Origin: a bacterium
Lineage (GTDB): Bacteria > Patescibacteriota > Minisyncoccia > Moranbacterales > DUUL01
Direction: 5' to 3'
DNA: 64,000 bases
NCBI GenBank assembly: GCA_018675685.1
Contig: JABGXP010000014.1
Span: 17,288 to 81,287 of the forward strand
Under the pieces are notes generated by a model. It was not told where the DNA came from. It saw only the letters and a program-made list of their open reading frames with translations, and made no database searches. This document shows, piece by piece, positions 45,947 to 56,392 of the stretch (position 1 is its first letter; every line of letters starts with the position of its first letter). The position numbers and the translations under genes were made by a program.

Positions 45947-47737
45947 ATGTTAAGGACACACACTTGTGGACAATTGAGGGAATCTGAAATTGGTGAAAAA
46001 GTTATTTTGACTGGGTGGGTGCATAGAAGAAGGGATCACGGAGGCGTGATTTTTATTGACTTGCGAGATCGATATGGCCTAACTCAAATTAAATTTGACC
46101 CAGCAATCAATAAAGAAGCACATACAAAAGCAGATAAATTAAGGAGTGAATGGGTTGTAAAAGTAGAGGGAATAGTTTCTGCTAGGCCAGATGATATGTT
46201 GAATGAGAAATTGAAAACGGGAAAATTAGAAATTGAAATTTCTAATTTAGAAGTCTTGAATACATCCAAGACCCCGCCATTTGAATTAATTGAAGAAAGA
46301 AACGTTGAAGCAAATGAAAGTCTCCGTTTGAAGTATCGTTTTATTGATCTTAGAAGACCTAAGCTCCAAGAAATGCTAAGGGTTCGCGATGAAATTATTC
46401 GGCACATGAGAGAATATTTTCATGCAAGAGATTTCAGGGAAGTCCAAACACCAATTCTTGCAAGTTCTTCACCGGAAGGCGCAAGAGATTGGCTTGTTCC
46501 TTCAAGGATTTATCCGGGTAAGTTTTATGCATTACCTCAAGCTCCTCAACAATTCAAACAACTGTTAATGGTCGGTGGTGTTGATCGATATTTTCAAATT
46601 GCTCCGTGTTTTAGGGATGAAGACCCTCGAATGGATCGTCACTTTGGGGAGTTTTATCAACTTGATATGGAAATGAGTTTTGTGGAGCAAGATGATATTT
46701 TTCAAACAATGGAACCATTGATGATCGAATTAACAAAAAAGTTTTCAAGAAAAGAAATTATCAACCTACAGGAGAATGGGAGGTTCCAACAAATACCTTG
46801 GAGGGAGGCAATGACGAAATATGGTAGTGATAAACCAGACTTAAGATTTGATTTTGAAATCCAACCAATATCTGAGCTCGTGAAAGATTGCGGATTTGGA
46901 GTATTCGCGAATGTTATTGAGGCACAGGGAGTTGTTCATGCAATGAAGATTGATAGCGGGGGAGAAAAATTTTCCAGAAAGGACATTGATGAATTGACTG
47001 AGTTAGCTCAGAGCAAGGGTGCAAAGGGATTAGCGTATATTGTCGTAAAGGAGGGCGGAAAACTACAGTCCCCAATAGTTAAATTCTTAGGAGACGTTAT
47101 TTGCAAGAAAATAATCAATAAACTGGAAGCAAAAGATGGTGATATTATTTTCTTTGGAGCAGATAAATGGAGAACTGTCTGCGAAAGTCTCGGGATTGTT
47201 CGGAATGAATGTGGCGTAAGACTTGGTTTGAAAGATTCTAATAAAGCCGCGTGGCTTTGGGTTACTGATTTTCCAATGTATGATTATTCTGAAATCGAAG
47301 AAGGTAAGATTGATTTTGCACACAATCCATTCTCAATGCCGCAAGGCGGAATGAAAACTTTAGAAGAAAAAGACCCTTTTGAAATTGTTGCATATCAATT
47401 TGATTTTGTTTTAAATGGTTTTGAGCTTACAAGTGGGGCAATCCGAAACCACAAGCCTGAAATTATGTATAAAGCATTTAGCATCGCTGGATATTCAAAA
47501 GAGGAAGTTGACGCAAAATTCGGGCATATGATTAGAGCATTTGAATTTGGTGCACCACCACACGGAGGTAATGCGCCTGGGATCGACCGTTTGATAATGG
47601 TGTTGAATGATTGGAGCTCAATTCGTGATATCTATGCTTTTCCGAAGGATGGGCAAGGTAGAGATGTGATGTTGGATGCTCCAAGCGAAGTCGAAAAGAA
47701 GCAACTCGATGAATTGCATATCCAAATAAAGAAATAG
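45947..47737 (+). CDS. aspS: Aspartate--tRNA ligase
   Basis: The ATG at 45947 gives MLRTHTCGQLRESEIGEKV. N-terminal OB anticodon-binding domain; class II motifs (FYALPQAPQQFKQLLM; GGNAPGIDRLIM); GAD insertion present. Confidence 0.95.
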   Translation: MLRTHTCGQLRESEIGEKVILTGWVHRRRDHGGVIFIDLRDRYGLTQIKFDPAINKEAHTKADKLRSEWVVKVEGIVSARPDDMLNEKLKTGKLEIEISNLEVLNTSKTPPFELIEERNVEANESLRLKYRFIDLRRPKLQEMLRVRDEIIRHMREYFHARDFREVQTPILASSSPEGARDWLVPSRIYPGKFYALPQAPQQFKQLLMVGGVDRYFQIAPCFRDEDPRMDRHFGEFYQLDMEMSFVEQDDIFQTMEPLMIELTKKFSRKEIINLQENGRFQQIPWREAMTKYGSDKPDLRFDFEIQPISELVKDCGFGVFANVIEAQGVVHAMKIDSGGEKFSRKDIDELTELAQSKGAKGLAYIVVKEGGKLQSPIVKFLGDVICKKIINKLEAKDGDIIFFGADKWRTVCESLGIVRNECGVRLGLKDSNKAAWLWVTDFPMYDYSEIEEGKIDFAHNPFSMPQGGMKTLEEKDPFEIVAYQFDFVLNGFELTSGAIRNHKPEIMYKAFSIAGYSKEEVDAKFGHMIRAFEFGAPPHGGNAPGIDRLIMVLNDWSSIRDIYAFPKDGQGRDVMLDAPSEVEKKQLDELHIQIKK

Positions 47738-47767
47738 ACACAATACGAACTTTATTAGAAAAATAAA

Positions 47768-48964
47768 TTGCTCTTGAAAGTGGCACAAAAAAACAAAAGA
47801 AAATCTATAAAAAAATTGACGTTGATAAACCTAATAGCATTAATGCTTGGTTTACAGCTAGGATTGACTGCATACATCATCTCTACCTTCTTAGAAAAAC
47901 AAGTTGGTGAAAAAGCTGTTGGTTTACTTTTTTTGCTTGGATATCTAATTTCACTGTATGCTTTGATAAAACTGCATACCTTGATTAGAGGGATAGGGAA
48001 ATCACAAACATTTTTTCTTTTTGTGGCTATTACCTGGATTTCATTGCTTGGAATGGGAGCTTTTTGGTTTCACCCAGTAGCTATTTTATTTGCGGTCTTT
48101 TTCTTAGTTGGTGGGTCGATACTTTGGGCAGCTCTTGATGTTTTAATTGAAACTTATTCTGAAGATAAAACAACAGGAAAAACGAGGGGTTTATTTTTAA
48201 CAATTTTAAATACGGGAGTTATTATTGCACCTCTTATCTCAACCTGGTTGGTCCAAACTTACGAAAATGGATTTCAACTAGTTTTTTATACAGCCTCCTT
48301 TTTTGTTTTCATCCCTTTAATTATATTGGCAATATTTTTCTCTGAACGTAAATGTCACTTGGAAAAGAGAAGGAAAGATTTTTCAATCGTCAAAGAACTC
48401 TTAGAAAAAAAAGATGTTGCGAGGATTTACTGGGTCGCATTTTTATTAGATTTATTTTATGCAGTGATGGTTGTTTATACTCCAGTTTATTTGCTGAGTA
48501 TAGGACTTGATTGGCTGGAGATTGGAAAAATTTTTGCAGTAATGCTAATCCCTTTTGTTGTTCTGCAATACCCCCTCGGACTTATTGCTGATAAAAAAAC
48601 AGGAGAAAAAAACTGGCTTATTGCCGCTCTTGTTGTTATGTCTGTTTCAACAATAAGCATTGGATTTATAGACGTGCCTCATATTGGGACTTGGATGTTA
48701 ATATTATTATCGACTAGAATTGGAGCTGCTACTATTGAAGTCATGAGGGACACTTATTTCTATAAGAAGATTGGGCCAAAAGATATCGAGTTGATGGATT
48801 TTTATAGAACAACAAAGAGTCTGTCATATATCATTGGAATGCCAATCTTTAGCCTATTGTTGTTGTTTTCTCCCCTAAATTATGTTTTCATTGTCCTAGG
48901 AACTGTCATTGGAGTGGGAGTTATCCCTTTGTTTAAACTAAAAGATACTGAAGTTTCTAAATAA
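47768..48964 (+). CDS. MFS transporter (12 TM)
   Basis: 398 aa, two 6-TM halves separated by a central cytoplasmic loop (ERKCHLEKRRKD). Confidence 0.65.
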   Translation: MLLKVAQKNKRKSIKKLTLINLIALMLGLQLGLTAYIISTFLEKQVGEKAVGLLFLLGYLISLYALIKLHTLIRGIGKSQTFFLFVAITWISLLGMGAFWFHPVAILFAVFFLVGGSILWAALDVLIETYSEDKTTGKTRGLFLTILNTGVIIAPLISTWLVQTYENGFQLVFYTASFFVFIPLIILAIFFSERKCHLEKRRKDFSIVKELLEKKDVARIYWVAFLLDLFYAVMVVYTPVYLLSIGLDWLEIGKIFAVMLIPFVVLQYPLGLIADKKTGEKNWLIAALVVMSVSTISIGFIDVPHIGTWMLILLSTRIGAATIEVMRDTYFYKKIGPKDIELMDFYRTTKSLSYIIGMPIFSLLLLFSPLNYVFIVLGTVIGVGVIPLFKLKDTEVSK

Positions 48965-49245
48965 ACACACCTAATCTTGGTGCTAGCGTACTTCTTATCC
49001 CTATGTTTTTTGACTAAAGCTTAGCTGTATCTGAGCCACATTCATTTTTATTGATAGTATGTTTGTCTTAAAGCTTATTATTTCAGCTGCACTCTCACTT
49101 CTGCTTAGAAAGTAGAGTCTGGAATTTAAGAGAATCTAAAAAGCACAAAAAGAAGAAAGTCTTTATAAATTTGAATAGATTTGTTATAATTGCATAATAT
49201 AGAAGTTTTTTAAGAGAGTAACTTTAGTCAAAAGAAAAGAATCCA

Positions 49246-49977
49246 ATGTATCAAATTAAAACAAAAGACTTTGAGGGCCCATTGAATTTGCTATTGGTGC
49301 TTTTTGAAAAACAAAAGTTGGACGTCACAAAAGTTTCCTTAGTACAAGTTGCTGATGACTACCTAGCTTTTATTGAAGACGGAAAGAGTGCTGACTTAGC
49401 AAACCTTAGTGAGTTTTTTTTAATAGCTTCTTCGTTACTTTTGATAAAATCTAGGGCACTCTTGCCACTGTTCGAGTTTTCAGTGGAAGAAGAGGAAGAA
49501 ATCAAGGACCTGGAAGATAGGTTGAAAGAATATCAAAAATTTAAACAGGCAGCAGAAAAAATAGAAAGCGTCTATAAACTTAGGAGGGTTTGCTTCTCGA
49601 GAAATCCACGAATAAAATTAAATATTAATTTTATTTCTCCGGAAATTGATCCTGAGAACCTAGGAAAATTATTTGTGGGAGTTTTAAGTGAGATCCCAAC
49701 AAAGAAAGAATTGGCGCAGCAAGTAATGGAAGAAGTTGTAAGTCTAGAGGAAAAAATGCTTCATTTGAAACATTCTATTGAAAAGAGGGCAAAAACAGCT
49801 TTTGAGGAGACTGTCTCTGGGGCAAAGGATAAAATTGAAGTAATCGTTACTTTTTTAGCAATGCTTGAGATGATTAAGCAAAAAACAATCATTGTTTCAC
49901 AAAAACAATTGTTTGGCGAGATTATATTGCAAAACATGGCAGAGGAAATGCCAAAGAGGCAGCGAATGAAATCTTAA
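49246..49977 (+). CDS. scpA: Segregation and condensation protein A
   Basis: FEGPLNLLLVLFEKQKLDVTKVSLVQVADDYLAFIE; kleisin N- and C-terminal winged helices. Confidence 0.85.
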   Translation: MYQIKTKDFEGPLNLLLVLFEKQKLDVTKVSLVQVADDYLAFIEDGKSADLANLSEFFLIASSLLLIKSRALLPLFEFSVEEEEEIKDLEDRLKEYQKFKQAAEKIESVYKLRRVCFSRNPRIKLNINFISPEIDPENLGKLFVGVLSEIPTKKELAQQVMEEVVSLEEKMLHLKHSIEKRAKTAFEETVSGAKDKIEVIVTFLAMLEMIKQKTIIVSQKQLFGEIILQNMAEEMPKRQRMKS

Positions 49978-50001
49978 AATATTTAAGTTGAAAATGTGAT
50001 T

Positions 50002-50559
50002 ATGAATGAGGAATGCGCAAAAATTGAAGCAATTTTATTTGCTTGTGGTGAACCTGTGAGATTTGAGAAATTGGCAGATTTTTTGAAAATTTCAAAAAAA
50101 GAAACGGAAGACGAAATAGGGAAATTGAAAAGTTTTTACCGTGATAATAAAACTGGCTTGCAAATTCTGACTAAAGTCAATACAATTCAATTAGTGTCTG
50201 ATGCGAGATTTGGTGAAGAAATTGCAAAATTTTTGGATAAGAGAATAAACGAGCCTCTTACGAAAGCGGCAATGGAAGTTTTATCAGTGATTGCATATCG
50301 TGGACCAATAACTAGATTGCAAATTGAGCACATCAGGGGCGTCAACTGTAGTTTTATGATTAGAAACTTAGCAATAAGGGGATTGATTGAGAGGGGAGAA
50401 ATTCCAATCAGTTCTCGCTCCTATCAATATCAGGTAAGTTATGATTTCCTCAAAAGCATGGGTTTTGAGGAAATTGCACAGTTACCAGACTATGAACTGT
50501 TAAGTAAAACAGAACTTCAGATTAAAGAGGATAGAAATGAAGAGGGGTCGAATAAATAA
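50002..50559 (+). CDS. scpB: Segregation and condensation protein B
   Basis: The track start at 49996 is a GTG; the ATG at 50002 gives MNEECAKIEAILFACGEPV. Tandem winged-helix ScpB pattern. Confidence 0.85.
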   Translation: MNEECAKIEAILFACGEPVRFEKLADFLKISKKETEDEIGKLKSFYRDNKTGLQILTKVNTIQLVSDARFGEEIAKFLDKRINEPLTKAAMEVLSVIAYRGPITRLQIEHIRGVNCSFMIRNLAIRGLIERGEIPISSRSYQYQVSYDFLKSMGFEEIAQLPDYELLSKTELQIKEDRNEEGSNK

Positions 50560-51656
50560 TGAATTTGAAAAAAAGGGGAATGGAATCAAAAACTAATCTA
50601 GTCAATTTCATAAGTGCAACGCTGATTTTAATTTCCGCGTTTGTTTGGTTTAGCTTTTTACCTAGTGTTTCAGCTTGGAGGGAAGCAAAGTTTTCAAATT
50701 TAAAAATTACCGGAGAAGAAGAGAAGGATAAAAGACAGTTGGATTTAAGTAAAGTTAGCAAGGAACGAGAAAAAGACGGAAAAGAGTTTATGACATTCGA
50801 TCAACTAGTGGTATCTGTCCCCGAAGCTCCCGTTAAAGATAAAAGTTTTGGTGAGACGTATATGAGAGCAAGAAGCTCAATCGCTATAGATGCTAATGCG
50901 GGGACAATACTGCATTATCAAAATGGAAATCGGAGAATGGCAATTGCTTCTTTAACAAAGGTTATGACAGCAATCGTGGCAATTGAAAACATTAAGGATC
51001 TGGATAGCGAAATTGTTACTATTGACGAAGAAAGTAGATTTACTGATGGAACTAAGGTTGGGTGTCCTCGAAGTGGGTATTGTATTTCAAATAGATTGCA
51101 AGTTGGAGAAGAAATCAGTTCCAGGGCTCTTCTTGAAGCAATGTTAATGAACAGCGCAAATGATGCCGCGGTGGCGATAGGAAAGCATATTGCTGGTTCC
51201 CAGGCTGAATTTGCAGATATGATGAATAAAAAGGCTCGAGAAATTGGATTAAGCGATACAAATTTTTGCAATCCTTCTGGGCTTGATGAAGAGAGTAAAC
51301 CAGGAGGTTGTTATTCAACGGCATATGACTTTGCAAGAATTTCTGCATATGCTTTAAAACATCCCTTGATTTGGGAAATTATGAAATATGAAACGAAGGA
51401 CATTTCCTGCGTTAATGGAACGATCTCCCATAAAATTATCAATACAGATCTTTTATTGGGGCAACTACCAAATGTTGTTGGCGGAAAAACCGGATTTACA
51501 TATGAAGCAGGAAAATCACTAATGATGGCTGCTCATCATCCGACTGACCAAAATGCAAAAGTGATTGTAGTCGTTTTGGATGATAATCATCGTTGGGAGG
51601 ATATGAAAAAAATGTTCACTTGGGTTTTTGGAGCGTATAATTGGCCAAAAAAATAA
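50559..51656 (+). CDS. D-alanyl-D-alanine carboxypeptidase (S11 / PBP5-like)
   Basis: SxxK motif as ASLTK; SxN as SAND; KTG as KTGFT; N-terminal TM anchor. Confidence 0.85.
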   Translation: MNLKKRGMESKTNLVNFISATLILISAFVWFSFLPSVSAWREAKFSNLKITGEEEKDKRQLDLSKVSKEREKDGKEFMTFDQLVVSVPEAPVKDKSFGETYMRARSSIAIDANAGTILHYQNGNRRMAIASLTKVMTAIVAIENIKDLDSEIVTIDEESRFTDGTKVGCPRSGYCISNRLQVGEEISSRALLEAMLMNSANDAAVAIGKHIAGSQAEFADMMNKKAREIGLSDTNFCNPSGLDEESKPGGCYSTAYDFARISAYALKHPLIWEIMKYETKDISCVNGTISHKIINTDLLLGQLPNVVGGKTGFTYEAGKSLMMAAHHPTDQNAKVIVVVLDDNHRWEDMKKMFTWVFGAYNWPKK

Positions 51657-51659
51657 TAT

Positions 51660-52760
51660 ATGATTCTTGCACAAATTCAAACAATTCCAGAAGTATTAGC
51701 AATTTCTAAGGTTTTAATTCTTGCTCTGTTGTCTTTTACTTTAGCGATGGCACTGACACCTCTTCTGGCACACTTTTTATATAAATATAAAATTGGAATT
51801 CAAATTAAAGAAAAGTCAGTCTCGGGTGAAAAACTTTCATATGTTAATAAGATGCACGCTCATAAGAGCGGAACGCCGACAATGGGGGGAATTTTGATTT
51901 GGGGAACAGTTTTCTTTTTAGCCACAACAATGTATTTTCTTGCTCCTTTTTTATCTGAAAAACTACAATGTGTTTGGCTTGGAAGGTTGGATTTTGTGAG
52001 CAGAAGTCAGACTTGGTTACCATTGTTTGCACTTGCTACAACAGCAATGCTGGGTCTTGCTGATGATTGGATGAGTATTAAGAAGATTGGTTCCAATAAG
52101 GGCGGCGGAATGAGATTCGCTTGGAGATTCGCTTGGATGATTGCGATTTCGTTACTTGGAGCTTGGTGGTTCTACAATAAGCTTGGTTGGGATACAATCC
52201 ATATTCCTGCCATTGGAGACTTTATTATAGGTCTTTGGTACATCCCTTTGTTTATTTTTGTGATTGTTTCTACTGCAATTTCTTCAAATGAAACAGATGG
52301 ATTGGATGGTTTGAACGCGGGAATCTTAGCACAAGCTTTTGTTGTTTTTGCAATAATCTCTGTCTTTCAAGACAAGATGAACCTAGCAGCTTTTTGCGCC
52401 GTTGTCGCAGGTTCGATAGTGGCATTCTTATGGTTTAATTTTTATCCAGCAAGGTTCTTTATGGGTGATACAGGTGCAATTTCCTTAGGCGCTACCTTAG
52501 GAGTTGTTGCAATCTTAACTGATTCTGTCATTGCGCTCCCTTTTGTTGTTAGCATTTATTGTTTTGAATCAATTTCCGTTGTGATTCAAATGTTTTCAAA
52601 AAAGTTTTTCAAAAGAAAGGTTTTTTTGGCGGCGCCTATTCATCATCATTTTGAGGCGAAGGGTTGGCATGAAACAAAAGTTACAGTGAGGTTTTGGATT
52701 ATCAATGCAATTATTGGACTAGTCGGTTTGATTATTGGAATTGTTGGTTCTGGATTATAA
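51660..52760 (+). CDS. mraY: Phospho-N-acetylmuramoyl-pentapeptide transferase
   Basis: ADDWMSIKK, NETDGLDGLNAG, GDTGAISLGATLG, APIHHHFE motifs; 10 TM. Confidence 0.9.
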   Translation: MILAQIQTIPEVLAISKVLILALLSFTLAMALTPLLAHFLYKYKIGIQIKEKSVSGEKLSYVNKMHAHKSGTPTMGGILIWGTVFFLATTMYFLAPFLSEKLQCVWLGRLDFVSRSQTWLPLFALATTAMLGLADDWMSIKKIGSNKGGGMRFAWRFAWMIAISLLGAWWFYNKLGWDTIHIPAIGDFIIGLWYIPLFIFVIVSTAISSNETDGLDGLNAGILAQAFVVFAIISVFQDKMNLAAFCAVVAGSIVAFLWFNFYPARFFMGDTGAISLGATLGVVAILTDSVIALPFVVSIYCFESISVVIQMFSKKFFKRKVFLAAPIHHHFEAKGWHETKVTVRFWIINAIIGLVGLIIGIVGSGL

Positions 52761-52793
52761 AGAGGTGCTAGAATTTAAAATAACTTTAAAAAG

Positions 52794-53738
52794 ATGAAGT
52801 CAAAAGAAAAGCTTTTATCGATAGTTGTTCCGATATATAACGAGGGTGAGAACGTAGAGAAGTTGCACCAGGAGGTTTTGTCTGCAATAAAAAAAAATAA
52901 GCTAAATGCCGAAATTATCTTTGTTGATGATGGAAGTTCTGATAATACAGTCAAACTAGCAGAGAAATTAACGCCGTTGAGATTGATTGTCTTTCGGAGA
53001 AATTTTGGACAGACAGCTGCTATGGATGCTGGGATAAAAGCTGTTAAAGGTGAAATTGTTGTCACGATGGACGGCGACTTGCAAAATGATCCCAACGACA
53101 TTCTTTTGCTTCTAGAGAAGATGGACGAGGGCTTTGACATTGTTTCTGGCTGGAGAAAGAACAGAAGAGATCCTTTCATGAAAAAACTTCTTTCTCGGGG
53201 AGCTGATAAGTTGCGAAAAACCTTAATTAATGATCAAATAAATGATAGCGGTTGCTCCTTAAAAGCTTATAAAACAGAGTGTTTTGAGAATGTTGATTTA
53301 TACGGCGAGATGCACAGATTTATTCCAGCAATTTTGAAAATTAAAGGTTTTAAAGTGGGGGAAGTAGTTGTGAGCCATAGACCAAGGATAGCAGGCGAGA
53401 CAAAATACACCTACACACGACTTGCAAAAGGACTTTTGGATTTAATCGGAGTTTGGTTTTGGCGAAAATATGCAAATAGACCACTCCATCTTTTCGGAGG
53501 AATTGGTTCGATTATGGGGTTTGTGGGAACACTAATCCTAATTTGGATGGCAATTGAAAGGGGAATCTTCGGCAATCCAATTGGTGATCGAATTTGGCCA
53601 GTGATCGGAGTACTATTTGTGGTTCTGGGAATCCAATTTTTTGTATCAGGAGTGATTGCAGATATTGCGGTAAAGACCTATTACACAGCAAAAAAAGAAA
53701 CCGTTTATCTAGTAAAAGACGTGATTGAAAATAAATAA
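52794..53738 (+). CDS. GT2 polyprenyl-phosphate glycosyltransferase (GtrB/DPM1/ArnC-like) with two C-terminal TM helices
   Basis: LSIVVPIYNEGENV, FVDDGSSDNT, MDGDLQNDP; C-terminal hydrophobic pair. Confidence 0.85.
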   Translation: MKSKEKLLSIVVPIYNEGENVEKLHQEVLSAIKKNKLNAEIIFVDDGSSDNTVKLAEKLTPLRLIVFRRNFGQTAAMDAGIKAVKGEIVVTMDGDLQNDPNDILLLLEKMDEGFDIVSGWRKNRRDPFMKKLLSRGADKLRKTLINDQINDSGCSLKAYKTECFENVDLYGEMHRFIPAILKIKGFKVGEVVVSHRPRIAGETKYTYTRLAKGLLDLIGVWFWRKYANRPLHLFGGIGSIMGFVGTLILIWMAIERGIFGNPIGDRIWPVIGVLFVVLGIQFFVSGVIADIAVKTYYTAKKETVYLVKDVIENK

Positions 53739-53803
53739 AGATTCAGGATAGAAAGAATTTCAGTACCCATGGCTGCAGCTATGGGTACTTTGCAGCTCTT
53801 CTC

Positions 53804-53832
53804 TTGAAAAGTAGCCAAAAGTACGCTATAAT
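53804..53832 (+). promoter_or_regulatory. Consensus sigma70 promoter (TTGAAA-17-TATAAT) upstream of small membrane gene and gyrB
   Basis: TTGAAA at 53804-53809, a 17-nt spacer, TATAAT at 53827-53832. Confidence 0.55.
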
Positions 53833-53913
53833 GTAGCTAGTTGATTTTGAAAAACATGAAAGAAGATAGCGAAAACAAAATCACGTGTTTAAGAAATAAA
53901 TTGCATAAATAAA

Positions 53914-54300
53914 ATGTCGATAGGAGCATTTCTTTGGGGGATGCGGCTTATTTTGTTGATTGGATTTATGGGGGCAGTCGGAATGATTTTTTCGTTCGCT
54001 CCATATTTTGATGCAAAGTCGCTTGAAGTAAACTATTTTGTGATAGGATTATTTTATTTATTTCTATTCCTATTTTTAATGGGAATGTTTTCACTTTTCC
54101 TATTCAAACTCAAGGGTTCTAGTGGAAAAGATGATGAAATAAAAACCAATGTCAGAGTTTCATTCCGCCAAGGCTTTTTTCTTAGCGTAATGGTACTGAT
54201 TCTTTTGCTGTTGCAAAGTTTTCGTGTTTTAGTTTGGTGGGATGGTCTTTTGGTTGTAGGAGCAGTCTTAATGGCAGAATCATATTGTTTAGTTAGATAG
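53914..54300 (+). CDS. Hypothetical small membrane protein (4 TM)
   Basis: 128 aa, four hydrophobic segments, upstream of gyrB. Confidence 0.4.
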   Translation: MSIGAFLWGMRLILLIGFMGAVGMIFSFAPYFDAKSLEVNYFVIGLFYLFLFLFLMGMFSLFLFKLKGSSGKDDEIKTNVRVSFRQGFFLSVMVLILLLLQSFRVLVWWDGLLVVGAVLMAESYCLVR

Positions 54301-54348
54301 AAATTTATCGATTTTAATTAATAAGAAGGGGTGTAATAAAAAGAAAAA

Positions 54349-56343
54349 ATGGTACAGAAAGAAAGATCAAGTAAAGAATATACCGCGAAGTCTATCCAAG
54401 TCTTGGAAGGATTGGAGCCGGTTCGAAAGCGTCCAGGGATGTATATCGGTGGAACATCGCTCGAGGGTTTACATCATTTGATTTGGGAAATTGTTGCGAA
54501 TTCGATTGATGAGGCAATGGCGGGGTATGGAAAATACATAGAAGTTGTTATCGGTAAGGATAACATGGTCACAGTTTCGGATAAGGGTCGTGGGATCCCA
54601 GTTGATAAGCATAAACAGACAGGATTAACAGCTCTTGAAACAATCTTTACAAAACTGCATGCAGGAGGAAAATTTGGTGGAGACAATACCGGATATAAAG
54701 TTTCCGGAGGTTTGCATGGTGTGGGTGCTTCAGTGGTTAATGCACTTTCCGTGATGACTCGAGCTGAAATTCACAAGGGTGGGAAAATTTGGGTACAAGA
54801 GTATTCGAAGGGAATAACACTTGCAAAAGTCCAAGCTGTTGGAAAAACTGATAAAACCGGATCTATTATTTCATTTGTACCAGACCCAGAAATTTTTCCA
54901 GAAATTGAATGGAGTTGGAAAACAGTCGTTGATTATCTTAGACAACAGGCATATTTAACAAAAGGGGTTCACTTCAAACTAGTTGATGAGCGTTTTGAGG
55001 ATCCAAAACAAAATCAAAGTATCGGTTTTTGTTTCGATGGAGGAATCCGCTCTTTTGTGCAATTTGCAAATCGCAAGAAAGATATCGTAAATCCAACAAT
55101 TTTCTATGTTGAAAAAGAAAAGGATAATATGATTGTGGAAGTTGCAATGCAATATCAAGATACTTTCAAGGACAAAGTCTCTTCTTTTGCAAATAATATA
55201 CCAACAATTGAAGGTGGGATGCATGAAACCGGCTTTAGGTTTGCGCTAACAAGAACAATCAATGATTACGCTAGAAAAAATAATATTCTAAGAGAAAAGG
55301 AGAATAATCTAACCTCAGACGATGTACGAGAAGGTTTGACGGCTGTGGTTTCTGTGAAGTTGCAAGACCCACAATTTGAGGGACAGACAAAATCAAAGCT
55401 TGGAAATTCAGAAGCCAGAACGATTACTAGTTCGGTTGTTTCTGAAAGCCTTATTGAATATTTTGAAGAAAATCCACAGGATGCGAAGATGATTATTATG
55501 AAAGGGTTGATTTCTGCGAAAGCCCGACTTGCTGCAAAGGCTGCAAAGGATGCTGTTGTGAGAAAAGGAGTTTTAGAGGGTATGACTCTTCCAGGAAAAC
55601 TTGCAGATTGTTCTTCGAGGGATGCTTCAAAGACAGAATTATATATTGTAGAGGGAGATTCTGCTGGTGGAAGTGCAAAGCAAGGAAGAAACAGGAGAAC
55701 ACAAGCAATTTTGCCATTAAAGGGAAAGATTTTGAATGTTGAGAAGGCGAGATTGGATAGGATGCTTGCTTCTCAGGAAATTAAGTCGCTCGTGATTGCA
55801 TTGGGTGCAGGGATTGGTGATCAGCTTAATTTTGACAAACTGCGATATCATCGGATTATTATCATGACAGATGCCGATGTCGACGGTTCTCACATTAGAA
55901 CACTCCTTTTGACTTTGTTCTATCGTCATTTTGAAGAATTGCTAAAACGTGGATATATTTATATCGCTCAACCACCTTTATTCCAAATCAAAGAAGGAAA
56001 AAAAGAGCATTATGTTTATACAGACGAGGAAAAAGAACGTGTTTTGAAAGAAATTGCAAAAAGAAAAGGCGCTTTGGTTGATGGAGAGATTGATGAAGAA
56101 AATGAAGAATTTAAGAAGATTGCTGGAGTTGGAATTCAACGATACAAGGGTCTTGGGGAAATGAACCCAACACAACTTTGGGACACAACAATGAATCCAG
56201 AAACTCGTGTAATGTTGCAAGTTTCGATTGAGGATGCCGAAAAAGCAGACGAAGCTTTCACGGTCTTGATGGGTAGCGAAGTTGCACCAAGGAAGAAGTT
56301 TATTCAATCTCATGCAAATAAAGTCCAAAACTTGGATGTCTAA
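54349..56343 (+). CDS. gyrB: DNA gyrase subunit B (type IIA topoisomerase B subunit; ParE not excluded)
   Basis: GHKL ATPase motifs (GLHHLIWEIVANSIDEAMAGYG; GLHGVGASVVNALS); TOPRIM EGDSAGGSAK; the PLKGKILNVEKA motif. Confidence 0.9.
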   Translation: MVQKERSSKEYTAKSIQVLEGLEPVRKRPGMYIGGTSLEGLHHLIWEIVANSIDEAMAGYGKYIEVVIGKDNMVTVSDKGRGIPVDKHKQTGLTALETIFTKLHAGGKFGGDNTGYKVSGGLHGVGASVVNALSVMTRAEIHKGGKIWVQEYSKGITLAKVQAVGKTDKTGSIISFVPDPEIFPEIEWSWKTVVDYLRQQAYLTKGVHFKLVDERFEDPKQNQSIGFCFDGGIRSFVQFANRKKDIVNPTIFYVEKEKDNMIVEVAMQYQDTFKDKVSSFANNIPTIEGGMHETGFRFALTRTINDYARKNNILREKENNLTSDDVREGLTAVVSVKLQDPQFEGQTKSKLGNSEARTITSSVVSESLIEYFEENPQDAKMIIMKGLISAKARLAAKAAKDAVVRKGVLEGMTLPGKLADCSSRDASKTELYIVEGDSAGGSAKQGRNRRTQAILPLKGKILNVEKARLDRMLASQEIKSLVIALGAGIGDQLNFDKLRYHRIIIMTDADVDGSHIRTLLLTLFYRHFEELLKRGYIYIAQPPLFQIKEGKKEHYVYTDEEKERVLKEIAKRKGALVDGEIDEENEEFKKIAGVGIQRYKGLGEMNPTQLWDTTMNPETRVMLQVSIEDAEKADEAFTVLMGSEVAPRKKFIQSHANKVQNLDV

Positions 56344-56392
56344 AGTTGAAAAATTTAGGTTGAGTATTTAGATAAAAACTAAAAAATAAAAG

